Shown piece by piece: positions 23,558-34,901 of a stretch of DNA of 34,901 nucleotides. The notes beneath the pieces are model-generated. The model saw only the letters and a list, made by a program, of their open reading frames with translations. It had not been told where the DNA came from and did not search any database. The position numbers and the translations under genes are program-made. Position 1 is the stretch's first letter. Each line of letters begins with the position of its first letter. The stretch is taken from contig NW_021829926.1 of assembly GCF_006345805.1 (NCBI RefSeq), positions 1 through 34,901 of the forward strand, written 5' to 3'. Source of the stretch: Octopus sinensis (lineage: Eukaryota).

Positions 23558-24037
23558 AGGTCATCTGGTCATCAAATCTAAGTAGAGACTTCAAACTTGA
23601 AATCTTCAAAGCCACAGTCGAACCAATTCTACTATATGGTTCAGAAACCTGGACGTTATCAAAGAAGCTTGAGAGGTGGTTGGATGGAACCTACACTCGC
23701 CTCCTTATGAGAGCTCAAAATCTCTTGTGGAAGCGTCATCCAACCAAAATGCAAATATATGGGAAACTACCACCTGTGTCATCTCTTGTGAAAGGTACGA
23801 GAGTCCAGTTTGCTGGACATTGGTGTAGAGCTGAAAACGAGGCAAGTTCTACTCTTCTCCCCTGGAAGCCATCTGATCGCAATACCAGAGGGCGCACACT
23901 CTCCTACCCTGATGTAATCTCCAGGGATACAGGCATCCAGCAACAGGACCTCCGTAATGCTATGATGGACCGTGAAGTCTGGCGTAGCATTGTAAATTCC
24001 ATTGTCTCGACCACGGTCGAACAATGATGATGATGAT
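23558..24037 (+). mobile_element. 5'-truncated RTE-type LINE: C-terminal part of the RT ORF plus (TGA)n tail
   Basis: ORF 23389..24027 contains IFKATVEPILLYGSETWTL...FAGH..R...AMMDREVWR. The stop codon runs into TGATGATGATGA. A hairpin TCGACC-AC-GGTCGA lies at 24007-24020. Confidence 0.9.
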
Positions 24038-24049
24038 TTTTTACAAACT

Positions 24050-24560
24050 TTTACAGACTGACTGTAAGTGTCTGACTTTCCTATGCGTACTGAAGCTGGA
24101 GGAAGGACAAACACCTGTGGTCATTGCAGGCGTTCGAAGAGTGGTGAGATTGATATTCTTTTTAAAATGCTGCAGGTCAACAGCTGAAGGAAAGACATCA
24201 GTGGGGAGAAGATTCCAGAAGGCAAATGATCCGAAAATAAGAGTTTGTGTTCATTGGTAAAAGCGAAGAATTGCGTGCAGGATGTCCTAGATGTACCAGG
24301 TTTAAAGAAACGTATATATGTGAGTGGTTCGGGAGCTTGAGTGGCTGCGGTAGGAGACCAGCCCGCCCCTATGACCTGTAGAAAAGTAATGATAGGAAAG
24401 ACACAAGAAAGAGAAAATACCCGTGGGCGGGAAACAGGAATCTGCCCGTTAAGTATCGAATGCCAATCCACTTAATGAATGCTATTTGAATAAGGTCCAA
24501 TATCTCAGATTGCATAGCATCAGTAGTATCAGAGATATGAGGCGCTGTACTAAAGTGTGA
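24050..24560 (-). mobile_element. Decayed CR1/Jockey-group LINE 3' end
   Basis: Minus-strand frames give ILDLIQIAFIKWIG, LLFYR and FWNLLPTDVFPSAVDLQHFKKNIN, matching the WNxLP...FK C-terminal motif. Confidence 0.75.
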
Positions 24561-24821
24561 TTTTTCCTTTGAGATACGTGGATTGTCGATAGTTGGAATA
24601 ACTCTTTGAAATACGCTACTAGAATACAAAAGTGCTGTTGATTGGCAAAATATTCGATGATAGGGAAGCTCTGCAATTTAAGAAATTGTGAGGTGACTAA
24701 CAACACTATTAGGATCTTTTTCTTTCTCTCATACTATCTCTGTACACACACACACAACACTCACTCTCTCTCTCACATAATTTTATACAGAAAGAGAAAG
24801 AAAGAGAGAGAGAGAGAGTCA

Positions 24822-24907
24822 GACAGATAGATAGGTAGGTAAGTAGGTAGGTAGAAAGATAGACATATAGGTAGATAGATATATAGATAGATAGGGAGAC
24901 ATATACG

Positions 24908-24983
<76 letters not shown>

Positions 24984-25115
24984 AAGAAAAATATAGAGAC
25001 ATGTAGCAGATAAATAGATAGAAAGATTGAGAGATAGGTAGACAGATAGAGAGATAAACAGGTATATAGATAGACAAATAGATAGACAGACAGATAGAAC
25101 GTTAGATAGATAGAC
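24822..25115. repeat. (GATA)n microsatellite
   Basis: Read directly from the sequence. Confidence 0.95.
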
Positions 25116-25374
25116 ATGACATAATTTAAAAGATCTTTGATGCAATTGTTGTAGTTACAAGGTACACTCTGACAATCAGTAATAGCATGCACATTGCTCC
25201 TGGTTCAATTCCATATTATTACATATTTGAGGTATATATCATTTATCAAAATCTTCTCAAAATAGAAAAGGATCCAATGTCCTTCTTGATCCTTAGAATC
25301 TTAAGCCCATTTTTTCGGATTCTGTGGTGCATATATATTTCCATGTAACCTGGACAAGACGCTGGGTCGTTGTA

Positions 25375-25503
25375 GGATTGCTCAATTATGTGTGATAAGT
25401 GTATTGGAGGAAGTATTTTGCGCAAGGATGCAACATAGCCCGTCCAGGAATCGAAACAGCAATCTTCCAATCAAAAGTGCAAAATATCAATCGTTAAGCC
25501 AAG
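25375..25503 (-). mobile_element. Old SINE family C head
   Basis: Minus strand GGCTTAACGATTGAT...GCTGTTTCGATTCCTGGAC..GTTGCATCCTTGCGCAAAATACTT. Confidence 0.6.
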
Positions 25504-25643
25504 TTCCGCTACCAAATTCTTTTATCACACATGTATGCCATTATTAATGGTTTCTCCTGCAGCTGACTTCCTGATATAACGTCCGGTATTTATATTTATT
25601 TAAGAATATATGTCCTTGCATTGATACGTGCGTATATTTATCA

Positions 25644-26098
25644 ATGTATATACATGTATATACTGTGTACACATATATATTATATATATATGTATATGCT
25701 GTGTATATATATATATTATATATATATGTATATGTGTATATATATACGTATGTATATATATGCATATATATATGTGTATACGTATGTATATATGTATGTA
25801 TATGGATATCTATATGTGTATGTATATGTATATATATATAAATATGGATATATGTATGTATATGTATGTATATATGTATATGTATATATATATTTATATG
25901 TATACATATGTATATGTATGTATATATATGTATATTTATATGTATATATGTATATATATGTTTATGTATATATATGTATATAATATATACTACATATACA
26001 TATGCATATATATATATATATATGTATATATATGTATATATACATATGCATATATATGTACATATATATATGTATATGTATATCAACATACATATACA
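25644..26098. repeat. (TA)n/(TATG)n microsatellite
   Basis: Read directly from the sequence. Confidence 0.95.
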
Positions 26099-26350
26099 CA
26101 ACCTCGCAACGGTATCAATCTGTGTACAGTAATTAAGTAACAACGATCGTAGATATTTGCTATTAAGAATTTCCATGGGCGTCGCTTGTGTACGGAAGTT
26201 GATATACGTGTGCAGCTGATGGAAATAGCAAGACACATGATATAACGTATATGTGTACATGCATATATATCTGTATCTACATCCATATCAATATGAATGT
26301 GTGTATGTATACATACATACATACATACATACATTATATATATGTAATAT

Positions 26351-26385
<35 letters not shown>

Positions 26386-26405
26386 ACACACACACACATA
26401 TATAT

Positions 26406-26444
<39 letters not shown>

Positions 26445-27258
26445 TATATATATATATGATGTTATCAGATGATTAAGAAAATATTACATCTTGACTGATT
26501 TTGAGGAATACCAGGATGGGTGGCCGATCAGATCTTTTGCTAGCCAGATTAACATCAGTAAATTTCTTTCTGGCCCCTCTCCATGGGTCTTTGTTTATTA
26601 TATCTATATCATATATATTATACATGTGTTCGTGTGTGTTTATACACACACATTCGCACACATACACGCTTAAGAGTGAGGAGATTATATTTCCTTGCTG
26701 CCTCTGAGTTTACACATGCACGTACATGCGTACATAAATATCTATTATATAACAGTAATTTAATAGATTCCTCCGTTTTTAGAAAACATTAGCAGAAATT
26801 CAAGTGACAGGTGTTGCGGCTGGACCAAAATTTATAGCTAAAACAATTCTCAATTTGTTGGTAAATATTTATCCACTGGCTGAACTTGGCTGGCATAAAC
26901 AAAAGAGAGAGCTTTTTTTTAATATATATATATAATATAAATGATTAAGTAACGTTAAACATCATTTTAGTTTATTCATTGCTTGTTTGGTTTCAGACAT
27001 CCATGCTGGAAAAATGCCTTCATAGACATAAAAAGGCGTACGTCTCTGCCTTTATTCGTTCTGAGAGAAAATGTTTAAAAGTATAAATGTTCTATAATTC
27101 ACTTCAAAATATTTCAGATGTAAATCAAATAAGAGACATATGAAGCAGTTACGTTTTTAAAATGTTCTTCGTATTGAGTCGATTTTCGAGACAAGTGTCA
27201 AGTGTTCTAGAATTAATAACTGATGTAAGTTAAGGTACGACTGGGCATGTCTGTAGTA

Positions 27259-27290
<32 letters not shown>

Positions 27291-27341
27291 CTACACATAC
27301 ACACCACACACCACACACACATACATTATAATATATATATA

Positions 27342-27380
<39 letters not shown>

Positions 27381-27472
27381 CACATATATATCAAAGTGGA
27401 GTTGTAGGGTACCGCACGAGTGGAATTATATACGAAAGAAGGTTTTAAAATGCAATTTTAACAGATGTTTAT

Positions 27473-27517
27473 TTACTTTACCGGTTTCACTCTTTAGAAA
27501 AAGTTTGTCAAAAGTAA
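27473..27517 (-). ncRNA. Decayed minimal type I hammerhead within a TA-flanked unit (~27392-27650)
   Basis: Minus strand: UUACUU-UUGACAA-ACUUUU(UCUA)AAGAGU-GAAACCGGUA-AAGUAA. It has 6-bp stems I and II and the palindrome ACCGGU. The core has two substitutions relative to CUGACGA. Confidence 0.7.
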
Positions 27518-27748
27518 CATGTAGAAGTTTGGTTGCGTTAATTATTGGTTGTTACAAATTGCTACATTACATATATACAGTCTTTGGTAACAAGGACATG
27601 TTAAGGACATAAAAAAGTTTAACAAGTTCATAAAAATATGGCGCAAAAAATTATATATATATATATATATATGTGGTGGTGTATATATATATGTATATAT
27701 ATATTATGTATATATGTATAATATATATATATATATATATAATATATA

Positions 27749-27816
<68 letters not shown>

Positions 27817-28194
27817 GTATATATATTTTAAACCATGGTTTACCTTTAAATTACCAACTACTGTATGCCTTATAACAGGACTATACATTTTGAGGTAATA
27901 CACCATTAGTGCCTACGGGTACATTTAGACAGTTGCATAACCTCTTACACTTTTCATATATATATATATATATATATATAAATATCGGGAAGTATATTCG
28001 TCGCCTAAATATGGCTTTCCCATATAGGACGATGCTACTGTATTTTATAGCCCTAGGAAGACATCTCCAGTTGGCTGTTGACACACTGCCCTATCAGTAT
28101 TTGTTAATGGAAATCATCCTTTCCATCTCCAGCCTGATTACAAATAATGTGCCTGTTAAAAACTAAGGATGCTTTTTAAAAATTAGTACGATAT

Positions 28195-28216
<22 letters not shown>

Positions 28217-28233
<17 letters not shown>

Positions 28234-29184
28234 GAAAAGTACAAACTGGGACAAGAACGTAAAACATTTAGAAGACGATACAAAAACACGGACGGGACAT
28301 TCGAAGCCTTCAATCTTCAGTCAAGAACCGGATCATCCTAGCAATTTCGGCTGATTAATCTTGAGATCGCTCCGATCCGGCCAGCTCCAAGGAAAAACTA
28401 AGCTACGAGCATTAGATTTCTTGGAAGAAGGATCGAATGTATACGAAACAGGGACAGAAAAACGGACGATGCCCACACGAATATAAAATACAAAAAAAAA
28501 TAATGGTAAAAACAGGACAAAAACAGGCGGGTGTCTTACGACTAATAACAGTACAAGTTTAGCTGGCGTATTTAGAAAAAATGCTTTTATCGGCAGACGA
28601 AGACAACGATGTTCTCACGGCAGTGGTCGGAGGCCAAAAGGCTGATTTTGAACAGCGGTCACGCAAGAGAAGAGAGAGAAAAGAAAGGGGGAAAAGGAAG
28701 CAAAGAGAGAGAGAGAGAGAGAAAGAGGGAAGAAGGCAAACAAAGGAAGAAGAGAGAGAAAGAAGGAATTAAAGAGGGGAGAAGAAAGAGTGCGTGCCAA
28801 GGATTGGCTTGTGAGTGCAAAGTGAGAAAGACAAAGAAATGTGAGAGAGTGGAGGAAGAGTAGACCAAAGAATCAGAGGCAAGAAAAGAGAAAAGGAGGA
28901 GAAGTAGAGAGAGAGAAGAGGACAGATCAAAGTAGAGTGCAAAGTGTGAAAGGCAGAGAAATGTAGGAGAGAGAGACAGTGTGTAGAGTCGTACCAAATT
29001 TACAGGAATATGTACTTACATAAGGCCAACGAGGGTACGGACGTCGCTATATATATTATACGTAGAAAAATACAAACTGGGACAAGAACGTAAAACATTT
29101 AGAAAACGATACAAAAAACACGGACGGGGCATTCGAAGCCTTCAATCTTCAGTCAAGAACTGGATCATCCTAGCAATTTCGGCT
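28217..29184 (-). mobile_element. Non-coding partial-tandem element with ~135-bp direct repeats (28217-28352, 29048-29184); period ~831 bp
   Basis: GTAGAAAA.TACAAACTGGGACAAGAACG...TCTTCAGTCAAGAAC..GCAATTTCGGCT is repeated with few differences. The interior is GA-rich and the element is flanked by TA. Confidence 0.85.
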
Positions 29185-29262
29185 TTTAAATTCCTATTAT
29201 TTGGAGGAATGAAAAAAAATGGAGAAAGAGATAGGGACAAAAATGTGGATGGGGGGGGGATG

Positions 29263-29289
<27 letters not shown>

Positions 29290-29293
<4 letters not shown>

Positions 29294-30010
29294 TTAAAGA
29301 CTAAATAAATATAAATTAATATAAATCGCTAAAAATATAACGTGTTATGTGAGTCACCAATCTAGCTTTAAAGTGAATATATTATAGAGGATTCTATGCC
29401 CTGGTGTACAACGTAGAATTATAAATAGATAGTTCGGTTAATCGGAGTATTTTAATTAAAAATTGTGATGTGATGTTAAATTATGCTCTGTGGTAAGTGT
29501 GATGGTTAGGGGAGATAATATGATGTTAGGCTGGTCAGCAAGTAACCTATAATGTAGGTATTAGCAGTATTTAGAGAATAATAATTTATCTTTATGCAAT
29601 CATGTTCTATTTTTCTCGTCTCGTTCATTAATTAATAATGATTTGGCCATTAAAATGAAGAATTTCTCATTTGTGCATAAATTACACCGTTTTTTTAAGG
29701 TTATATGGAGATGTTTTGGGTAGGATATGCCATTCTAATCTATAATTTAGGTTTTTGTCTTTCAGTTCCCAGATTTAACTATTTAGTCCCTAGAGATGTC
29801 TTTACCTCTATTTCTGAAATCTGAGCGATGGGAATTATATCTAAGTTTCATTTCATTTTTAGTTGCTCCAATATAAGTTTTCTTGTAATTATTTGCGAGT
29901 ACATCACATTGGTAGATTACGTTTTTAGTTTTACATTCATTTAATAATTCACAAGTATTTTTATCTCTGCAGCAACACAGGTTAGTAAGATTATCTGTGC
30001 CTATGATATA
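29290..30010 (-). mobile_element. Decayed Naiad-type PLE: GIY-YIG endonuclease (30010-29561) plus 3' region
   Basis: Manual translation: CCCRDKNTCELLNECKTKNVIYQCDV..KTYIGATKNEMKLRYNSHRSDFRN /fs/ IWELKDKNLNYRLEWHIL..SPYN /fs/ RCNLCTNEKFFIL..LINERDEKNRT*LHKDKLLFSKYC*. Confidence 0.92.
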
Positions 30011-30210
30011 TTAGGGGTATTTAGAGAATAAGAAGTTTCGTCCAGCTAATACAACATTGGACTCTGGTACATTTGTTTTCATATTGGCTTTATACAGTCT
30101 CCGTGAAGTTAAAATCTTCAAGTGGCAGCTGAATGATATCTTGGTTGTATGGTAAGCTAGGAAACAATCTGGCCACAAGGTTTCTGGCAGAGTGAGGCAC
30201 AGGTTAGAGG

Positions 30211-30727
30211 GGATGTTACTGATGATGATAATGATGATGATGATGACGTTGTTGTTGATAATGATGATGATGATGATAGTAACAATGAGGACAACGATGA
30301 CGATGACAACGACAACGACGACGTTGCTGCTGCTGCTGAAAATGCTGACGATATTGATGCTGCCGCTACTGTTATTGGTGCAGCTGGTGTTATGATTGGC
30401 CATATTGTTGCTGTGGTTGTTGCTGATGTTAATGGTGATGATGGTGGTGGTTATTACGATAATGGCGATAATGATGATGCTGTTGCTGCTGATAGGTCCT
30501 AGCTATTGTTGTTGATGAAGATGAATCGTTATGGTAGTAGCTGTGGTGTTGGTGTTGTTGTTGGTGGTGATGCTGGTATTAATGATGATGGTGATGATGA
30601 TGAGGATGATGATGATGAAGACGATGATGATTTTTATAGCGGCAATGACGATGATGATGATGAGTACGATGACGATTAAAGGTGATGATATGTGTGATGA
30701 GGATGGTATTGATGATGGTGATGACGG
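30211..30727. repeat. (GAT)/(GTT)/(GCT) trinucleotide low-complexity tract
   Basis: Read directly from the sequence. Confidence 0.9.
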
Positions 30728-31355
30728 TATAAGTTTAAGTAATGTTAATCTCTTTCACAGTTAATCTCTAAATTTCTAATTCATATTCAATTCGCTCCGA
30801 TTTTTTTTGTGTGTGTGTGCGACCAAATATATAACACAAGCATACATACATACGAACATATCTACAATCACACACACACACACACTTAGGCACACAGACG
30901 GTACACATACACCTGTGGACACATACGCGAACGTGAACACAAATACACTCATCTGAATGGACACACATTCATACCTGTGAAAATATACACCTACTTGGGG
31001 ACATATACACACATGGACACATATACGTACATCTAAACTTACATATACACATCTGCACAAACAAAGGCTCTCAAACAGAAGCACATGCTGAGTATTGATA
31101 GCAGCTTATATACTCTTATATCTATCAAAATCGTATCTTATAAAATTTCCATTATTATGACCCTTTCCACGGCATATGTTACTCATAAAATATATGCATA
31201 TGTATATGAAGGTATGAACGTATGTATGTACACGTATGTACGTGTGTGTGTTTGCGTGTGTACCTTAGTGTGTGCGTAAATATAAAAATATATATCACAT
31301 GCATATTAAAAATATGTGTGTATGCTTATGCGCATTTACATGTATATACATACGC

Positions 31356-31434
31356 ATTCTTTTATTCTTTTATGTTTCCACATAAGTCTGTGGCCATGCT
31401 AGGGCACCGCAAATGATATGCTTCTCTATATAAT

Positions 31435-31476
<42 letters not shown>

Positions 31477-31695
31477 TATATATATATATATATATATATA
31501 TTATTATATATATATATATATATATACGATGGGCTTCTTTCTGTTTACGTCCCCCATTCCACTCACCCCCAAAAGGCTTTCATCGGCCCGAGTCTATTGT
31601 AGAAGACAACCGCACAAGGTGCCACGCAGTGGGACTGAACGCGGAACCATATAGCTGGAAAGCATGCTTATTACCACACTGCCACTCCTGCACCT
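31356..31695 (-). mobile_element. SINE family A with most of its tail deleted
   Basis: Head at 31527-31695 (CAAGGTGCCACGCAGTGGGACTGAAC on +) and tail end at 31356-31410. Confidence 0.82.
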
Positions 31696-31710
31696 ATTTA
31701 TATATATATA

Positions 31711-32333
31711 TTCTTTTATTCTTTTACTTGTTTCAGTCATTAAACTGTGGCCAAGCTGGGGCACTGTCTTGAAGAACTTTTAGTCGAATGAATCGACAGC
31801 AATGCTTTTTATTGTTTTAAGCCTGGTACTTACTCAACCGGGCTTTTGCCGAACCGTTAAGTTACAAGGACGTAAACACACTAACGCCGGTTGTCAATGG
31901 TGGGTGGAGACAAACACACACACACAAACATGCACAAACACACGCACACTTATATACACTGATGTACGTATATATATGTATTATATGTATATAATACATT
32001 ATACATGCATATGTATATATATATATATATATATATATTTGCGTGTGTGTGTATGTGTGTAGGTGCAGGAGTTGCTGTGTGACAAGAACCTTGATTCCCA
32101 ACCACATTCTGGGTTCAGTCCCACTGCGTGGCAACTTAGGCAAGTGTCTTCTACTATAGCCTCGGGCCGACCAAGACCTTGTGAGTGAACTTGATAGACG
32201 GAAACATAAAGAAGCCCGTTGTGTATATATATTCTATAGTAGAAGACACTTCCCCAAGGTGCCACGCAGTGGGACTGAACCCAGAATGTTGTTGAGAAGC
32301 AAACTTCTTGTCACACAGCAACTCCTGCACCTA
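31711..32333 (-). mobile_element. Rearranged SINE family A: tail 31711-31925 (-), head 32060-32221 (+), head 32234-32333 (-)
   Basis: The two heads are inverted copies sharing private variants (GTTGCTGTGTGACAAG and the deletion form CATTCTGGG). Confidence 0.85.
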
Positions 32334-32467
32334 CACACACACACACCACACACACCACACACACACAACACACACACACACACACACCCACCACTATATA
32401 TATATATATATATATATATATGCATGTATAATGTATTATATATGTGTATGTATAATGCATTATATAC

Positions 32468-32498
<31 letters not shown>

Positions 32499-32730
32499 TA
32501 TATACATATATATATTATATACATATATACTCACACACAACGCACACGCATATGTATCTTTATCATCAATATTCTATATACGTATACTTATATATACATA
32601 CCATAGATACATGCGTATAGTCTTATATACAGAACTGTCAGCGTGTTTACATATTATTCATATGTATTTACGCACACATACAAAAACTTTCATATATATA
32701 ATTACAGAACTCAGATCCAATGGCGTATTG

Positions 32731-32762
<32 letters not shown>

Positions 32763-33523
32763 ACGCACACACACACACACACACACAACACACACGTATG
32801 TGCGCACGCACACATACATACACGTCTGTGTCTATAGACATCTACATGTACATCCATATACTCACACGCGCACATTTACTTCAAGCCATCTCTTTCTCTC
32901 ATTGTCACACACATAAATATCTTCTTGAGAATCCACGTTTCTGTATCTATGTTTATAATCTCCACACATGCATGCAATTATCCTACAGAACCATAAATGG
33001 AAAGAGAGCTCAATTACTCACATATTTCAATCGATGATATAGTCTGCCATTGTGATTCACAGCTACATCCGGTCAGTAGATTACACTTCCTCTTCAAACC
33101 AACCTTTATCTTACCAAATAACCCCACCGCTTTCTTTCCTCGTGTATTCCCTTGATATTGCCTGAAGACCCTGCAGTTGCACACTTCAGCTCTAATGCTA
33201 GCTCGCTGCTAAACTTTCTCTGACCTTTCATTGGACGGCCAACGTTAATGCACAGCCTCTATATTTCACTAATGCAACGTTAGTTCAAGCGCTATAAGAG
33301 GCACGTTTCGAAATAGCAAGATCTACAACAACAACAACAATAACAGCAGAAACAACAACAACAACAACAACAACAATAACTACACCAAGAACAGCTACAG
33401 CAACAGCACAAAGTAATTCTCATAGCAATATAACAGGAACTCTTAAAAGAGACGATCAACAACAACAAATGTATTAACATCATGGGTAATTAATTGGTAA
33501 CATTAAACGTAAAAAAAAAATAA

Positions 33524-33950
33524 CAGTTTCAAATTTTGGCAGACGATCAGGAATTTTAGAGGAAGAAGGTTATTCGATTACATTGACCCCTGTCCTTAAA
33601 TCATACTTACTGAACGACTCAGAAACGATAAAAGGCAAAGTCGAACTCGGCAGCATTTGAAATCAAAACGGAAAGCTATAGAAATGTCGCAAAACCTTTC
33701 AGCGACTCTGTAACGTTTCCGCCATCTCACCTTATTACCATTGAGGTTGCGAGCTGGCAGAATCTTACATACCCCAGGAAAAGTGCTTAGCAAGTATTTC
33801 GTCCATTTTAACGTTCTGTGTTCAAATTTCGTCAAGGTCAACTTTGTCCTTTCTGCTTTCGGGGTCGTAAAAATAAGTACCAGTCGATAGAATCGACTTC
33901 GCTCCTCTCCCGAAATTGCTGGGCTTGTAGCCAAACTTAAAATGATTATA
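33524..33950. mobile_element. Head-to-head pair of old SINE family B copies (33524-33733 -, 33744-33950 +)
   Basis: AAAGGCAAAGTCGAACTCGGCAGCATTTGAA on the left; GCGAGCTGGCAGAATC...TTTCGGGGTCG.AAAAATAAGTACCAG on the right. Confidence 0.75.
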
Positions 33951-34901
33951 TTCATTGTAGCTATTGATAAATCGGAGCAACACCAGGCACAGCTATTGGC
34001 TTTGCATAAGAGACAAACGCCTTTTTACAAATGAGTTTAATGAAAACTCTTGTAGGAATAAAGCAACGTAAAGTATAAAAAGACAGGTTTACAACGAACC
34101 GAGACCGCGTTACCGTTTCGTTTCACATTTGAAAACATCCTTTTTAATTGAAGCGGTTAAACACTTGAGAAATACATGTGTGTCACAAACATCCATTTCC
34201 TTGCAATTATAAAATGTTGGACCTTAATGCGTATCAAGAGAAACCAATGAAAGTATTATATATCACGTTGATATAAAACAGCTGAAGTAAAGCTGCTTAA
34301 AAGAAGCAAAGCTTATATATAGAAAATATAGAACAATTAATCAACATTTGAGTGGTGTAAGTGGAAATAATATTCAAGAAACGTTAGCCCACACAATGTG
34401 AGAACGAGGAACGTTTTGCTTTCTCTTTGCTTGTATGTGTGTTTGTATGTGTGTCAGCTTGTATGTATATTTGCTTGTATGTGAGTCTGCGTATGTCTTA
34501 GTGAGTTTAACTCTGTGTTTGTGCGTATCTCTATCTAGAAATGGAGCTACACATGCTAACACGTATGTAAGTATGTATGTATCTATGTGTATATTTGTAT
34601 GTATGTATGTATGTATGTAGTATGTATGTATGTATGTGTGTGTGTATATGTGTGTATGATTGTACATATATATATGTGTGTATATATATATATATATTAT
34701 ATATATATATATGTGTGTGTGTGTGTTTGTATGTCCGTATCTATGTATGTATGTATGTATGTATGTCTATGTAATAAGAGAGAATGTGAGGAGGAGAAAT
34801 TTTGTGATGATTAAAAGAGAGTGAGATATTAAGAAGGACAGTAGAGGTTCATAAAGACAAAGCGATAATGCTATATACGCATATACACAGTCATAACTCT
34901 C

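Noticed and set aside
32-34814. The many [12 protein letters not shown]/poly-M/poly-N ORFs in the ORF track
   Set aside because: They are translations of microsatellites with no domain content. Only the 3' part of ORF 23389..24027 (RTE) and fragments of the CR1-group ORFs are protein-derived.

Overview
This is non-coding, AT-rich eukaryotic DNA dense in microsatellites. The repeat families look like those of a coleoid cephalopod, most likely Octopus; that assignment is pattern recognition and was not checked by search. I can support no host protein-coding exon, and almost all listed ORFs are translated microsatellites. Three tRNA-derived SINE families account for about 20 copies or fragments. 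Other mobile elements are two decayed Penelope-like retroelement (PLE, Naiad-type) fragments, an RTE-type LINE 3' end, a CR1/Jockey-group LINE 3' end, a non-autonomous Helitron and a TIR element carrying telomeric repeats. The most notable signal is a family of short non-coding units carrying hammerhead ribozyme (HHR) motifs. Five have intact catalytic cores (3820-3908, 4376-4421, 14668-14736, 19252-19337, 19448-19534), and about six more are decayed or permuted. They include a spacerless 409-bp palindrome with an HHR on each strand, a probable tRNA-headed SINE carrying an HHR, and an ~830-bp retrozyme-like partial tandem. Several local fold-back (inverted) duplications are also present.
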